Made by a program: the position numbers and the translations under genes. The notes beneath the pieces are model-generated. The model was not told where the DNA came from. It did not search any database and saw nothing but the letters and a program-made list of their open reading frames with translations. From Seison nebaliae (Eukaryota), in the NCBI GenBank assembly GCA_023231475.1, contig JALJEE010001258.1:62001-126000 (forward strand): a stretch of 64,000 nucleotides of DNA, given 5' to 3'. Each line of letters begins with the position of its first letter. The stretch's first letter is position 1. Shown here piece after piece: positions 14,740-29,563 of this stretch.

Positions 14740-15187
14740 TCATTTTTTTAAAAGAAATTTCTTGAAAACGGTCATCATCGATTGGCAGGTATATGATTGG
14801 TCATTCTCCATTTCCGATACGCTACAAATCATGAATCGTTCACACATACATGACGTCTTCTCAATCATGGCTTTGATGGAGCATTGGGCACCTTTTGTAA
14901 TAATTGGTTGACAGATCTTCAGTTCTCGTCGGAATAACGCTTTGATGGTTGGATGAATTGCGCAACATTCGTTCGTGTCACAATCGGAATCGGCCGAACA
15001 AGACTGCTACAAAATCGTAAATTAAGAGAGATGCGATTAAGAGGGAATGTGAAGAATGAGAGAGACTAACATCAAATACGAGTTGTTTCTTCACTTTCGA
15101 CGGAATTAACTGGAACGATATCGACTGATGAACGAGCACACTCGTCACCAGACAAAGAGCGAGAGAGAAATTCTCGAAAAACATCAT
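14740..15187 (-). CDS. Secreted prokineticin/astakine-like (colipase-fold) 10-Cys peptide, 127 aa. Exons 15187-15071 and 15006-14740
   Basis: Hydrophobic N-terminus MMFFENFSLALCLVTSVLVHQS; 64-nt GTTAGT..TAG intron; exon 2 reads QSCSADSDCDTNECCAIHPTIKALFRRELKICQPIITKGAQCSIKAMIEKTSCMCERFMICSVSEMENDQSYTCQ, with C-x5-C-x4-CC...CxC-x5-C spacing as in prokineticin domains. Confidence 0.8.
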
Positions 15188-16402
15188 GTGAAAGAGTGTG
15201 AGAGGGAGAGACAGAGATAGAGAAATGAGATCTAGAAATAGTGGGAAGGTTAAAAAACTTATTTTCAATTAATAGTTAAATGCTCTTCAAATCGATCGTT
15301 AGGAATGTGAAATGATATAGATAAACAATTAGGAATTGGAGAAACAATCTCTCTCGAAGGTTAATGATTATTTGTGATCAATTCTCTGATGTCGGGTTAG
15401 ATTATCGCTTCGAAATATGACTCATTGAAAAACGATGTTTTTTTTTTTTCTGAAACGAAAACGAAAACAAAAAAAACTCATCAATTTCATATGGGCAACT
15501 TTCTCTTCCTACAAATCCACTCTAATTTCGTCAATGGAGAAATTTTATAAAATTTTTAAATTTTATAAAAATATTTTTTTATTTGTCCTCCCCTCAATCA
15601 ATATAGTTTCCATGTTGTGATTCTTCTTCAGATGAGAGTGGGTAAAGTAGTAGTAGAGAAGGAAAATTTGGTGAGAAAAAAACAAAATTATTTTTTTTCC
15701 GTTAACATCGATTATTTAGTGAGTTAGTAGTTAAAAGGACGGATGATGAGGTGGTGTTTCGGAATCGAATGATCAAAGTAAGAATGGGAATTCTTTTTCT
15801 TAGTGTCGACCTTCCAACACCAAAGACGACCTTTTTAAGGTACATTAACGGCCAACGAAAATTGGCAAATGGAAATGAAAGTCGTTAAGAAGGAAAGTCG
15901 GACAGAATAAGAGGAGATGGAACGAGAAATTAGGATTGATAATGGGGATAAGTTCATGTAAAGGGAAAGTTAGTTCGAAATCCATTTATTTCTTATTCTT
16001 TCCAGACAGTTCGTGTATGAGAGAATTTGAAAGAAAATCGATGGTTCGAAGTGGTAGTCCAAATTATTTGTCTAACATTGACGAATTCGGAAGTTGCTTT
16101 ACTCAACTATGTTTTATTAGTGAAAGTCGATTTGAAAGTTTAATTCAAATTTACCTTAAAATTGTTAGATAATTGTTATTGAATGTGTAGGAAAATGGAA
16201 ATTATTCTAATGGAATAAATTATAATATATAATTTTATAATAAATAAAACTTAAAAAAAGAAAATTAATAATAATTAAAATTTTCTTAATTAAATTAATT
16301 TAAAGATTTTAAATATAATTAATAGAAATTTGTAAGACGCATTACAATTTATTGATCGATGACTAATAATAATAATAATAAGTTAAATAAGACGAATACG
16401 AA

Positions 16403-18000
16403 TCAATTTAATAAACGTAAAACTATCGATCGATCCACTCCACAGGTGATGAGGAGAAGCGGTTCGTGAATATAATGATCATGTTGACGACGATATCGAT
16501 GATTCTGAGACAAATTAATGATGTCGATATCATTAGGCGATGGTGCCGAATTCAATTTGGATGTTTTCGATCGATTCGCTTGATCCAAATGGAATTTCGA
16601 CAATGGCACCAAAATGGCACAAGTGACGCCATTCAATTTCTCGATGCAATTATCCTCCACCGAAATATTTCGATTATGTTGATGTTGTTGTGATTGTTGT
16701 ATTGATTGTTGATTAGAGTGATTATGTTGTGCTGATGTCGATTGTGTATTGGTATGATGATGATGATGATGATGTGATAAAAGTTTATTGGCGGTCGATG
16801 AAAAAATTGATGATTTATGAGGATGTGCACTTTTAGCATGACTCATAATTCCAAATGATGTAATGGAAGGAGAAAGATTCGTAGTGGTATTAACGGAAGA
16901 GTTGACTAGAGAATTAGCGGAATAATTCAACGGTTTAACGATGGCAGATGAATGAAGAATATCAGCAAATAATTGATAAATGGAGGAGAGATGAGAAAGT
17001 GTTGTTGATGATGATTTCTCATGGAAAAGATGTGAAGCCAAATGACCGAATTGTTTAGTAATTGTCGCTTGTCCATTGAATAATTGATGAATTGAACGAT
17101 AATGTTGATAAGCGGCATTTAAATATAAATAATGATAATCGATTAATGAGCAATTGAGTCGAAGGAAAATTGGTGGAAGATCATCATCTGATCGATTATA
17201 AATCTCTGCTAATTCATTCAATGTTATTCCTTTATTAATTGGAAGAGATGTCAAAATTGAATTTGAATTATTATTCGTTCCTAACGACATTGATGATGAT
17301 ACTTGTGTGCCATTTCCACATGACGTTGAAGAACATACTGATGATGATGATGATGATAATGATGATGATTTGATGAGATCATGAATTCCATTAAATAATT
17401 TCGTATTCTGCATATTGTGCTCGTCACCGAAATCATGAATCATTTGAAAATTTGTCAATTTGAAATGACTTCCTCGATCCGTCAACGACGTCATAGAAAT
17501 GGCTGATGCTTTCCATATCGATAATAAACCAGACGCCGTTCCACAAATCAAGAAAATGTGAGCGACTGGTCGATTCATTAAAAATTGTTCCTCATTTGAT
17601 TGCCATTTGGCAGGACATGTAAAAATTCCGGTGGATTGAATTGATGGCGATAAATATTCGACGAAAACATTCAACGTCTTTACACAATTCTCATATGGAT
17701 CAGCCGAGAAGATTTGGAGGATGTCATACGAATTCAAATTGACAATTGAAACCATTCCATCTGCTCCACCAATAAATAAAATGGGATGTAATTTCGTCGT
17801 GTAATGAAGGACGGATGCGCCAGGATAACCAATATGAGCATCGACATATTGATGAATTGGCGTCAATGACGACATCAACGATTGTTGATTGATAGCGGAA
17901 GTGAAATGAAGTAACGATGTCGTATCACCAACATATGATTTTGGTGTAGATGTTCCTGATACATTTCCATCAACATGATTTTTTCCCATATTCGTCGTCG

Positions 18001-18034
<34 letters not shown>

Positions 18035-19265
18035 GATGGTAGTAGTGACATTTTGAGAGGAGATTGTCATTGGTGAACGTCGTTCTATATTTGGTGATTT
18101 GGGCGGGGGAGGAATGGGCGGAGGTGGCGGCAAATTTGTTTTTGATGATCGAGGAGAAATCGATTTCGTCATATTTCCTGTTGATCCTATTAGAGTGTGT
18201 TGAGGTTGACGTTTATTTATGAATGGTGGTGGTCGAGTTAATGTTGATGATTTATTGGTCTTCTTCTGATCCATTTGGAATCGTTTCAATTGATAAACGA
18301 TGGAGGAAACGGGTCGGACGACATTTTCCATTTTCATAATTTCCTCTCGTACCGATCGATGACAATGGAGATGCCACTCATATTTCAAGACAACTCTCAT
18401 GTGATTTTGATGGTTGTCGTCGTCGGAAGAAGTTTCAATCGAATCATTTCCATCCAAATTGGCGAGAGAAGACAATGAGAGAATGTCCCAAAGTCGAACA
18501 TTCTCCCCCGAAGAATTCCACCCCGAAGTGACCAATTGTGTCGACGATTCGTTGACGAATGTGAGAGAAGATAAATAGATGTCAAATGCTTTCCATTCCA
18601 ACAATTTCTTCATTCGATTTCTTCCACATATCTGATACATATAAATGAATCCCGTTTCATCACCACAAACAAACTGATGAGAGAGAGAGAGAGAAAGATA
18701 AAAAGGATTAAATGGAAAAACGGTAATGAAACCTGATTTCCTTTGTCGTTCCATTTGATGGCGGTAATTCGGGGAAATTGTTCGAAATTCTGTTGAGTAT
18801 TATTCCGAGTTATTTGACGGAAATTCTCAAGAACGAATTGACGTCGTTGACCTCGATATCGGTTCAATGCCGGAACAGTATTGTGTATCATTGCCGCCGA
18901 CATCCAACAATATAAGACGATATCTCCAGTTGTCGTTCCACATAAATCTTAAATTATAATATAATGGAGAATTATAGAGAAAAAAAATAATAACAGTAAG
19001 ATAATGTTGGATGAGATGCCATAACGACCACATTCTTCAATTGATGAGTCGATATCTGGAGAAAAAGAGAATGACATTAAAATCTGGTAATTAAATCGAT
19101 TTTCTTCTTTTCAAAAAAAATAATCGACAGAAAGAAAATTTGAAGCAACTACAAATAAAGAATTGTTGTGAATGGAATGAAAAGAAAAGAAGCATAAAAT
19201 TTGTAGAAAACGATATAAAAATATTGATAAAATATTATAAATAAATTCAAAACCAAATCTAATAA

Positions 19266-19296
<31 letters not shown>

Positions 19297-22200
19297 GACA
19301 TTTTACAATAACAACAATAAAATTGTGATAAGAACAAAATGAAGAGAAAGAAGAAGAAGAACAACAATAACAAAATGAAGAACAACAATAATAATAACAA
19401 CAAGAACGAGAACGAAAACGGTTTTGGAGGAAGCAAATTTGAATTCTTACTTTTTTCAGAAAGATTGATGAACGATTCATGATGGATGTGAGAATGGCTG
19501 ATCGATGATAATGAACGAATTTCTCATCATTCTCTAACGATAATTTCGGATTGGAAGTTGACGGATTACTCAGATGAGAGATCATATTTGACGACATGGC
19601 GAACGCGACGAGATATGAGAAAGCGAATGATTTCAAGAGATCGGACGAATATTGTCGATTCGCCGTCTGTTCTCCGTCACTCGTCAAAGAATTCTTTCGC
19701 GACAGACGTAAAGGCGATCCTCGATATTGAGGTGTTGACGATAATGGTGATGGTTGTTGTTGTTGTTGTTGTTGTTGTTTGGATAGGAAAGGATTTTTCG
19801 ATTTTTCATTAATTCTCTTATTATTATTCTCGTGGAATTTAGATCGACCGATTTTCATCGATTTCAACGAAGACTAAAACAACAACAACAACAACAACAA
19901 TAAGAAAAAAGGAAAATTATGAAAATCGAATAGATGATGTGAAATTGAGAGAGAGAAAGAAAGAAAGAAAGATAATTAACTTCTAATAAATTTGGTTGAC
20001 TATTCTTTCGATGATTGACGAGAGTGTTTTGTAATTTTAAAAGAAATCGATTTCTTTCACTTTCCTAACAAAATTTCAAAATGTGAAAATGTGAAAATGA
20101 CGAGAACTTGTTCGTGTTCATTCTTGTCCAATGACGAGAGAATATCTTCCTCGATCAGATGTAATGCCAAATCGAACGTTGTATGAGTGACGATTGGTGG
20201 GAGGATGGTTTGTGAATCATTCTTCACATTCGTCTCATTCTCCACATTCTGAATTTTGCTCGTTTGTTTGTGCAACTTCTCCAAATCGTCGATTGATAAC
20301 AGATCGAGATTCAATGAATTATTCATAGAAATCTCTTTACGAATATGACGTCTATAAAAAAGAAATGTTTAAATTGAAAAAAAAAAAATTGAAACAATAA
20401 AAGCAAATCGGTACTGATGGATTGTTGAAGAGTGAGAAGATAGGAATGAATCATTTGTTCGTCATTTCTCTCGATATCTAAGGTATCATTCGAACTTCTA
20501 CCATCATCATCATCATCATCTTCATCATTATTATTATTATTATTATTGTTGTTGTTGTTGATGATTGTCATTGATTCCATCGTATCGAATAATCGACTGG
20601 TACCATTTATGACGAGTTGTTTGTAGAGATCTCGATTCTCTAACAAATGTGTGAGACAATTGGTGATATCTAATTCCATCATATAAGACGGTGTGGAAAT
20701 GGTGAGGAGATATGGATTCATTTCATCGATACACATTGTTGTGACAATTTCTTTTTGTAAATTGATTGATCGAATAGTGGGATGGAAAAGATGTTGTAAT
20801 CGATTTTCATTCTCCCAATCTCTCAACCGTTTATTTTCATTTGTTTCATTCGGATTATCATCATCATCATTCTCTCCACCATCACCACGACGATGATGAC
20901 GATGATTATGATTGTTTTCTTCCACTAATTCTCCCTCATTATTCAATTGACAATTGATAGAGAGTCGAATAATTCGAGAGAGGAATGAGAAAAGAAGATC
21001 GATGAGTAGAGGAAATAAAGTCAATTTAGTCGATAGTTCTCGCCAGAGCGAATGTCTGAATTCGCCATCATTAAACGGTGAGACAGTCGATTGGAAGAAA
21101 GCTCGATATTTGAATAATACATTGAACATTTCATGATTGAGACTTCTGTCAATCGAGTCGGATAAAAGACTGAATTTTTGAGTGTCCATTACCAGTACGG
21201 ATGGATTTGAAAGTTGATGAAGAGTGTGAATATTGAAACGGTTTGAACGGAAGAGATTCCGAACGAATTCTTCATTTAAATTTCTCCATTCATTATCCAT
21301 CGCCAAATACGAATCGATTCTCTTCAATTGGAATTGAAGGAATTCGTAAAATATTCCCAGGAATTTATTCATTGTCGTCGAAACATTGGAACACATCGAC
21401 CGATTTTTTATTTGATACATTCGATTCAATTCATCTCGTCCATTCGCCACCACCAAATAATAAAGAATTCCACAATAATACGATGTACTTTCATTTCCAT
21501 TTTTATTTTTTTCATTTAAATTTTTTGAAATTTCCTTCAAAAATCGTAGGAGAACATCAAAACCGTTATCTTCCACTCCCATCGATTGGAAGTTGAGATT
21601 TTCTTCGTCTTCAATTCCCTCTAAATTATCCGACGATTCCTCACATCCATTTTCACCTGACGATAATGGTGACGATGATGGTGATGGATTGAATTTATTG
21701 AAAATGGTTTGTAAATGATCGATGAATGATTTTGATGGTGGATGTGCGAATGAAATTGAACAATTAGATTGGGGTGTTGATCCCATTATTATTCTTAACG
21801 TCTCTTCATCCAATCGAAAGAAAATGATGGAGGAGAATTGATGAATTTTATTTTCCTCCTCCAATCCCATAACATTCATCAAATTGAGTAATATAGTAAG
21901 ATAAATATTAGCGAATGATCGAAGAACGATATCGATGGAGAAATTATAGATATTACATTGATAAGAGATTAGATGTTGATTGAATGATGGATTGGTACAA
22001 ATTAAGTGATTAAAAATCGAATGAGAAATATCAATTGATAAAAAATGATGAATTAAAGTTGAAATTAATTCACTCAATGAATTGATATGAGAGATGTGAT
22101 GTATGTTAAAGATTTGTTGGAAAGAATTTGAATTATCTCTCAACAATTCTTCATAAATCTCATAAGAATTTCCATCTCTCACACATTCTCTCAATTCTTT

Positions 22201-25200
22201 TTCCAATTCTTCATTTAAATTATTTAAAATTTTATAAAATGAATTAATATCATAAACATTCTCATTGAATAATGGTGGAATGAAGGATTGTGTCATTAAC
22301 GAATTAATTCTATCAATCGACTCATTCCGTTTAATTATCATCGAATGGATAATTGATAATTCCACAAATAAATTGTAATCGATTTGATGGAATAAAACAT
22401 CCATTTCATTCCACATCTCCAAACGACAATTTTTCTCTTCTCTCAATAATTGGTGGAAAAGTGAAATGAATCGCCAAATAAACGTTTCCATCGTCGTCAA
22501 ATCGGCATATTTAGACACGGAATAATTGTGGAGAATATCGTCAATTTTCTCTCCGTTCGTCATCGTCATCGATTCGTCCATATTGGAATGATAACATCTC
22601 CTCTCATATTCGACGATCGATCGATAATGTTGAATGAAATTTGAATTTTTCGATTTCCGTTTTTCTTCCATTCCCACCATTTCCATCACTTCGCTCAGAT
22701 AACTGGTGAGATAATGTTGGAGATAATTCCGATTTGGTGAGTGGGAGAAAGTGGTGAAAAATTCGTTTGTCAAATATCGCTCCAATGATCGATGGTAGAT
22801 ATATTGGCAGAAAGTGGTCGATTCCGTATTGACTTCCAAGAGAAAACGGAGCCAATTTGATGATCGTCTAAATAATCGACACATCATCTCGATGAGGAGT
22901 AATGGTGATGCCGTATTACGGAAATGATGAATAGCCGAATAATAGAGACGTGATTCTTTCAATTCGATTAATTCATAAATCACTTGAAGATTTTTTCGTT
23001 CTGTTTCATTCAAAAATTTTTCAATTTCTCCACTTTTTATTTTGTTGGGTGTAGATAAATTTGGTGAAATTTGATCATCCAATAAATCTTCATCATCTTC
23101 ATCATCAGGAATATCGAACATATCCTCATCTAAATCTTCTTCTTTTATTTCATCGATTTCTTCCGTCGTCCTTTCCACAATTCCCTTCGATAACAAATTC
23201 ATTTTCGTACATAAAATTCTCGGCTCATTCTCATTTGTCCATTCTTTTTCTAATTGTTCGGATGTGGTAAAGACAACTAAATTCTTGAGAGCCATTTGAA
23301 TCGATTGTTGTTGTTTGAGAAATGTGTGAAAATTTAAGAGAGCGACATGTGAAGCGGCTGATAAGACAATTCGCTCATACGCCCCAATCTCCTTCAAATC
23401 ATCCGTCGTATGTTTGCCGTTGTAAAGACGTTCGATTAAATAATCAGAATCGGTTAATGTCAATAATGAATAAGCGTCCTCGTTCAATAGACTATATGAA
23501 ATGGATCGTATAAACGGATCTTTACCATAAATATCACATTCCTCAATAAACGGTAAATTAATGGTTGAATTGATATCATGTCCATGTTGTAGAACTTCAT
23601 CATTGTCCGATGGGAGTAAATTTGATTTGGGTTCAAATTCTAAAATATAAGTGAATAATAATTGTTTGAGGACGGTTCGGGTTAAATGACGAATCGTCTC
23701 GTCTTTCTCATTAATCTTCTGATAAATGAAGATAATGAAGATGGCCAATTGTAAATCATTCTCTCGTTCCACTATCACTTTAATGGCATCGACAAATTTA
23801 CCCGCACACAGAAATAAGGCGGCCGCTTGAACCGGTTTCTGACGAGATAATAATCGATAGGCGTTCGATTCGGCCACTTTTCGGTTCTTTTCGGACGTAA
23901 AATCTCGTTTGAAAAAATCGATTTGTGTTTGGGGAATTTCCACTTTCTCCACTCCATTCCCCGTCGACGTATTGCGATGTTGTTGTAGGAGAATTGCGAA
24001 TTGTTTATTACGACGAAGAAGAACGAACCATAGACAGGAATCGAGCGGATTCCCACTTGCCATCCATTCACTTTTCCCGATGATATCGACGAGAGAAAAG
24101 AGAAGACTCTCATCCAACACACTCCACCAGCCCACTCCGAATAAGCCTAGATTTTTCCAAGTTGGTAATTCGTCTTTTTCTTTCCATCCTCCATTTCTAG
24201 CAATATTTTTCGGATCAAATTGAAGTGAACGGAAAAGTTTGATGGAATCTAATGATTCGACAATCTCCTTCTTATTGGGAGAATGTACTGCCCATACAAT
24301 ATCAGCTGAGACTAATTTGATGGTATTTAAAATCGATTCATTTTTCTCATTTTCTTCATTGTCGATGAGGAGACGTCGAATATAATTAAATCGTCGAATT
24401 GATAATTGGAAATTTTGGAAACATTCGTCATTTTGACAGAGTGATCGTTTTTTATAATCACCAATCGCTTCAATTAATGCGATGAGATATTTCTGATCAA
24501 TTTCCGATAATCCTTTCAATCGATATCTATTGAGATATGATGATAATTCTTTCGTTGTTGTCATGGTAACCGTATTCTCCAATTCGATTTGTGGACGATC
24601 CAAATCGAATAATCTCACCGTTGTCATTCCGTTCGTTGAGTGATGGTCGATATTTCCTTCATCGATGGTGGTGAGAGAAATGATGGGAATTGGAATAATT
24701 TCTATTTCCGTTTGATGATTTGATTCGAAATTTTTATGAATTTGATTAAGAGAGAAATGAAGATAATTGACAATAATCGCCACTAAACGATGACGTTTCA
24801 ATAAAAGAAAATCATAAAGTTGTTGGGGATGATAGAGTGGCAATGATAACGGTAAATTACCATCAAATTTCGTCATATTTTTCAATGGTCGAATTGGCAA
24901 ATTTAATTTAATTAAATAATTCTCAGTTGTCGAATAATAAAATAATGAGTCGTCCAAATAAATTATTTGTTGTTGTTGTTGTTGTTGATGGTTTTGATAG
25001 TTGGAAATGCTTTTCATAGAATCGGATGTGGGAAAGAGTGGCAAATGAATGATGTTGAGGAGGACGTAAGTGATTTCCGTTAGAATCGATAAATTCCGTT
25101 GGACGAATCTTTCTAATTCATCGAGGAGATGAAAGAAATTTTCGTTTGTAGAAAAATTTGAATTAATTTGTTCTCGATCCGATTCTAATAAATCTTCATC

Positions 25201-28200
25201 GATTACCATCGATGTTGTTGATAAACGAGGACGATGAAGTGTCGATGATGTTAATTCCAATTCGTCTTCATATAAACTCACCGACAACGAACGAAGTGTC
25301 AAATGACTTCCTGTTCGTGTTCGATTATGTCGAATGGAAATATCGGAATTATTCTCTTCAACATTCTCATCTTGTCCACTGTTGTTGTTATTGTTATTGT
25401 TGTTGTTGTTGTTCCGATTTGATTTAATTCGAATAGAAGATGAATTGAGAAATGAAACGATTTTATTCTTGTTCAATTCTGTCGCATTGATATCGATCAA
25501 TTTCGATGGAAGTGGATGATAAACCATCAAAATTTTATCAATCATCACTAATAAATTGTAAGTATCAAACGAATTATTAATCCATCGACACGTCAAATTC
25601 CTCCGCAAATATTCGATTGTTCGACGATTTATTTCTGATTTTTCCGTTTTTTTCTCTTTCGTCATGTTGGTAGTGTTTGTTGTTGTGGTTGTGGTAGATT
25701 GGAGGAGATTTTGAAAATGTTGAAATAAATCGTCGATGGAGAGAACGTCTTCGATGTGCCATGTCTCACCACCACTACTCTCATTTTCGATGATGACGAT
25801 GGAGAGATTGATTGATGGTTGTTTGGTAACTATGGCAACAGCTGCACGAAACGGAAGTGCGAACCAATAATTGATAATGATATGTCGATGATCTGATGAG
25901 GAGGGAATGATAATTCGTGATGGTAAGTTCTCATTAAATTTGAAATTTTCGTTTAAATTGTAGAAATAAATCGATTCTTTCGATTTATTATCAACGAGAA
26001 TTCGATCGAATTCATTCTCGTCATTCTCATTTCGGAAGATATCGATCGATGATCTGTCCACATAAATTGGAAGAAGAAATGAATTTATATCTTTCGTTAA
26101 CGAACAATTGTCGAATTGATAATTGAAATCGATGGAAGAAAATTGAAAAATTTCAAAATTATTTTCCGTCGCCAAACAATATCGATGGAAGGATTGATTG
26201 TTGAATGATAATGGAGTGAGTGGAACGATCGATTCCATTCTCTTCTTCATCTCAATTCGTTTCATCAACTCCAATTCGTATGTATCGATATGGAATTTGA
26301 ATAAATAAATAAATCGATCCACCATCAGAAACGATAAATTGCCGGAAACGTTGACGATTTTCATGAAAGTATTTCTCGGAGAGAATTCAAAATTTAATTT
26401 TTCTTCCAATTGATAATGTGCCAATTGGATTTCATTCGTCACTTGCCATACGATCAATTTGATGAGAAACCGTTTTTCCCGTTGATGATGGTGAAGTGAG
26501 GATGATAAAATTAAATTATTTTCTTTCTCATCTCGTCCTAAACGTCCCAATGAATGTGGAATGAATGAATTTTTATTCGTCATTCCATCCATCCACGATT
26601 GTTGAGTCATTTCAAATTGAGAAAATTTTTCCATATCGATAATCATCTCATCGAAATAAATCGATCTAACATATTTCAATGAATTCAATTGACTAATATT
26701 CTCGATGGAATTGACGAGATAATAAATGAATCGATTGACACGTTCAATCTCCTCATTCTTCCTCGAAATATATCGTCGTAATTGAACAATATTATTTTGT
26801 TCGATATTATTATTATTATTGTTGTTGTTGTTGTTATTGTTGTTGTTTGGATCGAGTAGATAAGTTTCTTGAATTATCTCGTCGATATTGTCGATATTGT
26901 TCGTGATATTCAAATAGGAGGAATTGGACGAGGAAATGTTTCGATGTTTTTCTTCCGATATCGTATTTGATGGTAAATCATCGTCATCGTAACGTTGGAG
27001 ATAATGGTTGACCATTTGAAATTTGGATCGATTGAGATCATGCAAATGTTCCCACTCCTCCTCCAACACATTCAACGGCGTCATCAACATATGATGGATG
27101 TTCAATACGAATGAATTATTCGACCACAATTGAATGTACAACTGAAAATGATTCAATTTCTCCAATTCATTCACCAATTCTCGACAAACATCTCGACAAT
27201 TCTTCACATCATTTGACGGGAATTCAAACGACACATTCTCATTTACTATTACCGATTGGATCCGATAGAATTGTTGGAGGACGTCTTCAAATCGTCTTTT
27301 CGATTTCTTCGATAAAATTGTTGTTGTTGTTGCCGTTAAAATATTATTTGAATTTCTTGAATTTTCATCATTATTATTAATATTATTATTGAAATTTTCA
27401 AATGAATCACAATTATTTTGATAAAGTGAAGATGGATTATCCATGGGATTTATTGGCGATTCAATTTCAATTTTCGAGAGAATATTTGGATAACGTAGAA
27501 TGAATGTGATGTATGGATGTAATGTTTTGTCGTTAGAATCGATGTGATCCAATTGCCAGAAAAGAATTGAATGATCATTGGGAGACAATGCGACAATATA
27601 ATCAGATTGATCGCACCATAAACTGATCAATAATTGATCGATCGATTCAAATGATGTTCGTTCAAACAACTCTAACATCTCCTCTAACACTCGTCGTTCA
27701 TTTTTCATTTGTTTCTTTGAATTGAACGAGATTGTTTCGTTATTAGTTGAGAGATGATGGAAATATGATTTGACCATTTCTACCGATTCATTCGATTGAC
27801 ATCGTCTTTCCTTTCTATCCATCATTGATGGTGAGAGAAATGTTTCTTTATTCTTCGATAACATCTCATCTATATGATTGGGAATAAATAACAATTCTTT
27901 CATCTTCTTGAAACTCTTCATTAAAAGATTTAATAATTTATATTTGTTATTCAACCAACAAACAATCGGTCTATTTTCTTCTTCTTCTTCTTCTTCTTCT
28001 TCATCTTTCCGTCCCAAATCGTCCACATTTATCCGACTGAATTGACGACGATCGTCATTGACATTTGATTGATTCGTTCCATTTGTCACAGCCATTAAGA
28101 GTTGTTGGGAGAGATCATAAGTGAGAATGAGAGAGAATTGTCCACTCTTGTCTTTGTCTTCACGGAAAATGCGAAGGAGAAACGATCGTGTCAAAGTGAA

Positions 28201-28827
28201 AAAAGATTGAGGGGAATTTATTCCACATGAATCGCCCGATCGTCTCCATTCGATTTTCTCGATAATGGAATCATGACAAAATCGTCTCTCAATGAACGAT
28301 TGGATGGACATGATCGATAATTGATGATTAATCGACAAAATTAACGTCTCATTCGACGAACAAATGTTCATTCGACTAATCGTTTCATTTCCGTCGTCGT
28401 TACCATCAAACGATTCCAATTGGAATCGACCACACTTCTCTATCTCTTTCAATTCTTCATTATATGAATATTCTTGTAATGTTCGTGTGTTGTGATGGAA
28501 GCAGATGCAATTCTTTTTACCGTTTCGATGGATTTGTGAAATGAGACGAATTTCATGAAATTCGTCAAGAAATGTCGATATTAATTTCCATTTCTTTCTC
28601 GATTTCCACCATTTGTACAAATTCAACGATGTCTCGTCGAGAAGGAAGAATGAATCATTCTCCTCCTGTCCATACGGATTATTTAACGGTACAATATCAA
28701 TAATTCGATGATTAGATAAAATCGTTTGAAATGAGAAGAAATCGTTCATCTCAAATATTCTCGTTCGATAATCGTCGAATAAAAACACGAACGATTTATT
28801 ATTATCAGTTCGACATTCAACATTCAT
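16403..28827 (-). CDS. DMXL: DmX-like / rabconnectin-3alpha (Rav1p_C plus WD40), 7 exons. Introns 20352-20395, 20065-20107, 19874-19980, 19056-19450, 18948-18994, 18674-18732. Start codon uncertain
   Basis: LPLYHPQQL, LGLFGVGWW, SNAYRLLSRQKPVQAAALFLCAG...DLQLA (Rav1p_C), ESSGGETWHIED; spliced C-terminal WD40 KNVVVMASHPTLSYYLCG and WNDKGNQ|FVCGDETG. Confidence 0.88.
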
Positions 28828-29563
28828 TTTTCCTTATTATTTCCAATTTGATGATTTTATTATCATCCACATCAGATTGATCAATAATTTATTGGCAATT
28901 CAACAAGACAATATGATATGATATGAATTTGATAATTTTACATTTTCTCTCTCGATAATCGGTGGATAATGGTAGTATTCTCTTCTCTCCTGCGCGCTAT
29001 TTCTGTAGACACAACATCCAGTCTAGTTATGATGAATGATGAGGCGTCATTTCCTCTTTTTCCTCTCCAATTTATTTTCTTTTTTCCAATTCGAATTATC
29101 GGCCATAAACATCTCGAAACTCATTTCATAAATCTTCCATTAATTCCACTCAACTATCTAACACATTCATCTTAATATTTTAATGATATATTATCGAACA
29201 TCTTCCAAATTTCATCGATCCACCACCATCACCATCACCATCATCACGACGTAGATGATAATAATTTGAAAATTTTTTTTTTGAAATTTTTCCCTTTTGT
29301 TTTGATAGAACAATTTACAATTTTATAAATGGAATAAATAATTTTTTTCCATTTTTTTTTTCTTTTCAAAATATTCATATTTATTCTTAATAATAACAAC
29401 AATAACAAGAAGGAAAACGATAAAGATTCTTATGAGAATTAGTTGGCGGGGAAGAAGAAGAAGAAGAAGAAAATCATTTTTTTTTTAAATTTCGTTTTAT
29501 TTCTCATCGATAATTTTTCATTTCCATTCGATTCGAGATTGATGAATAGAAATTGAAATTATT

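Noticed and set aside
24557..24570. X-box-like GTTGTCATGGTAAC
   Set aside because: Lies deep in the DMXL coding exon (encodes VTMTT); treated as a chance match
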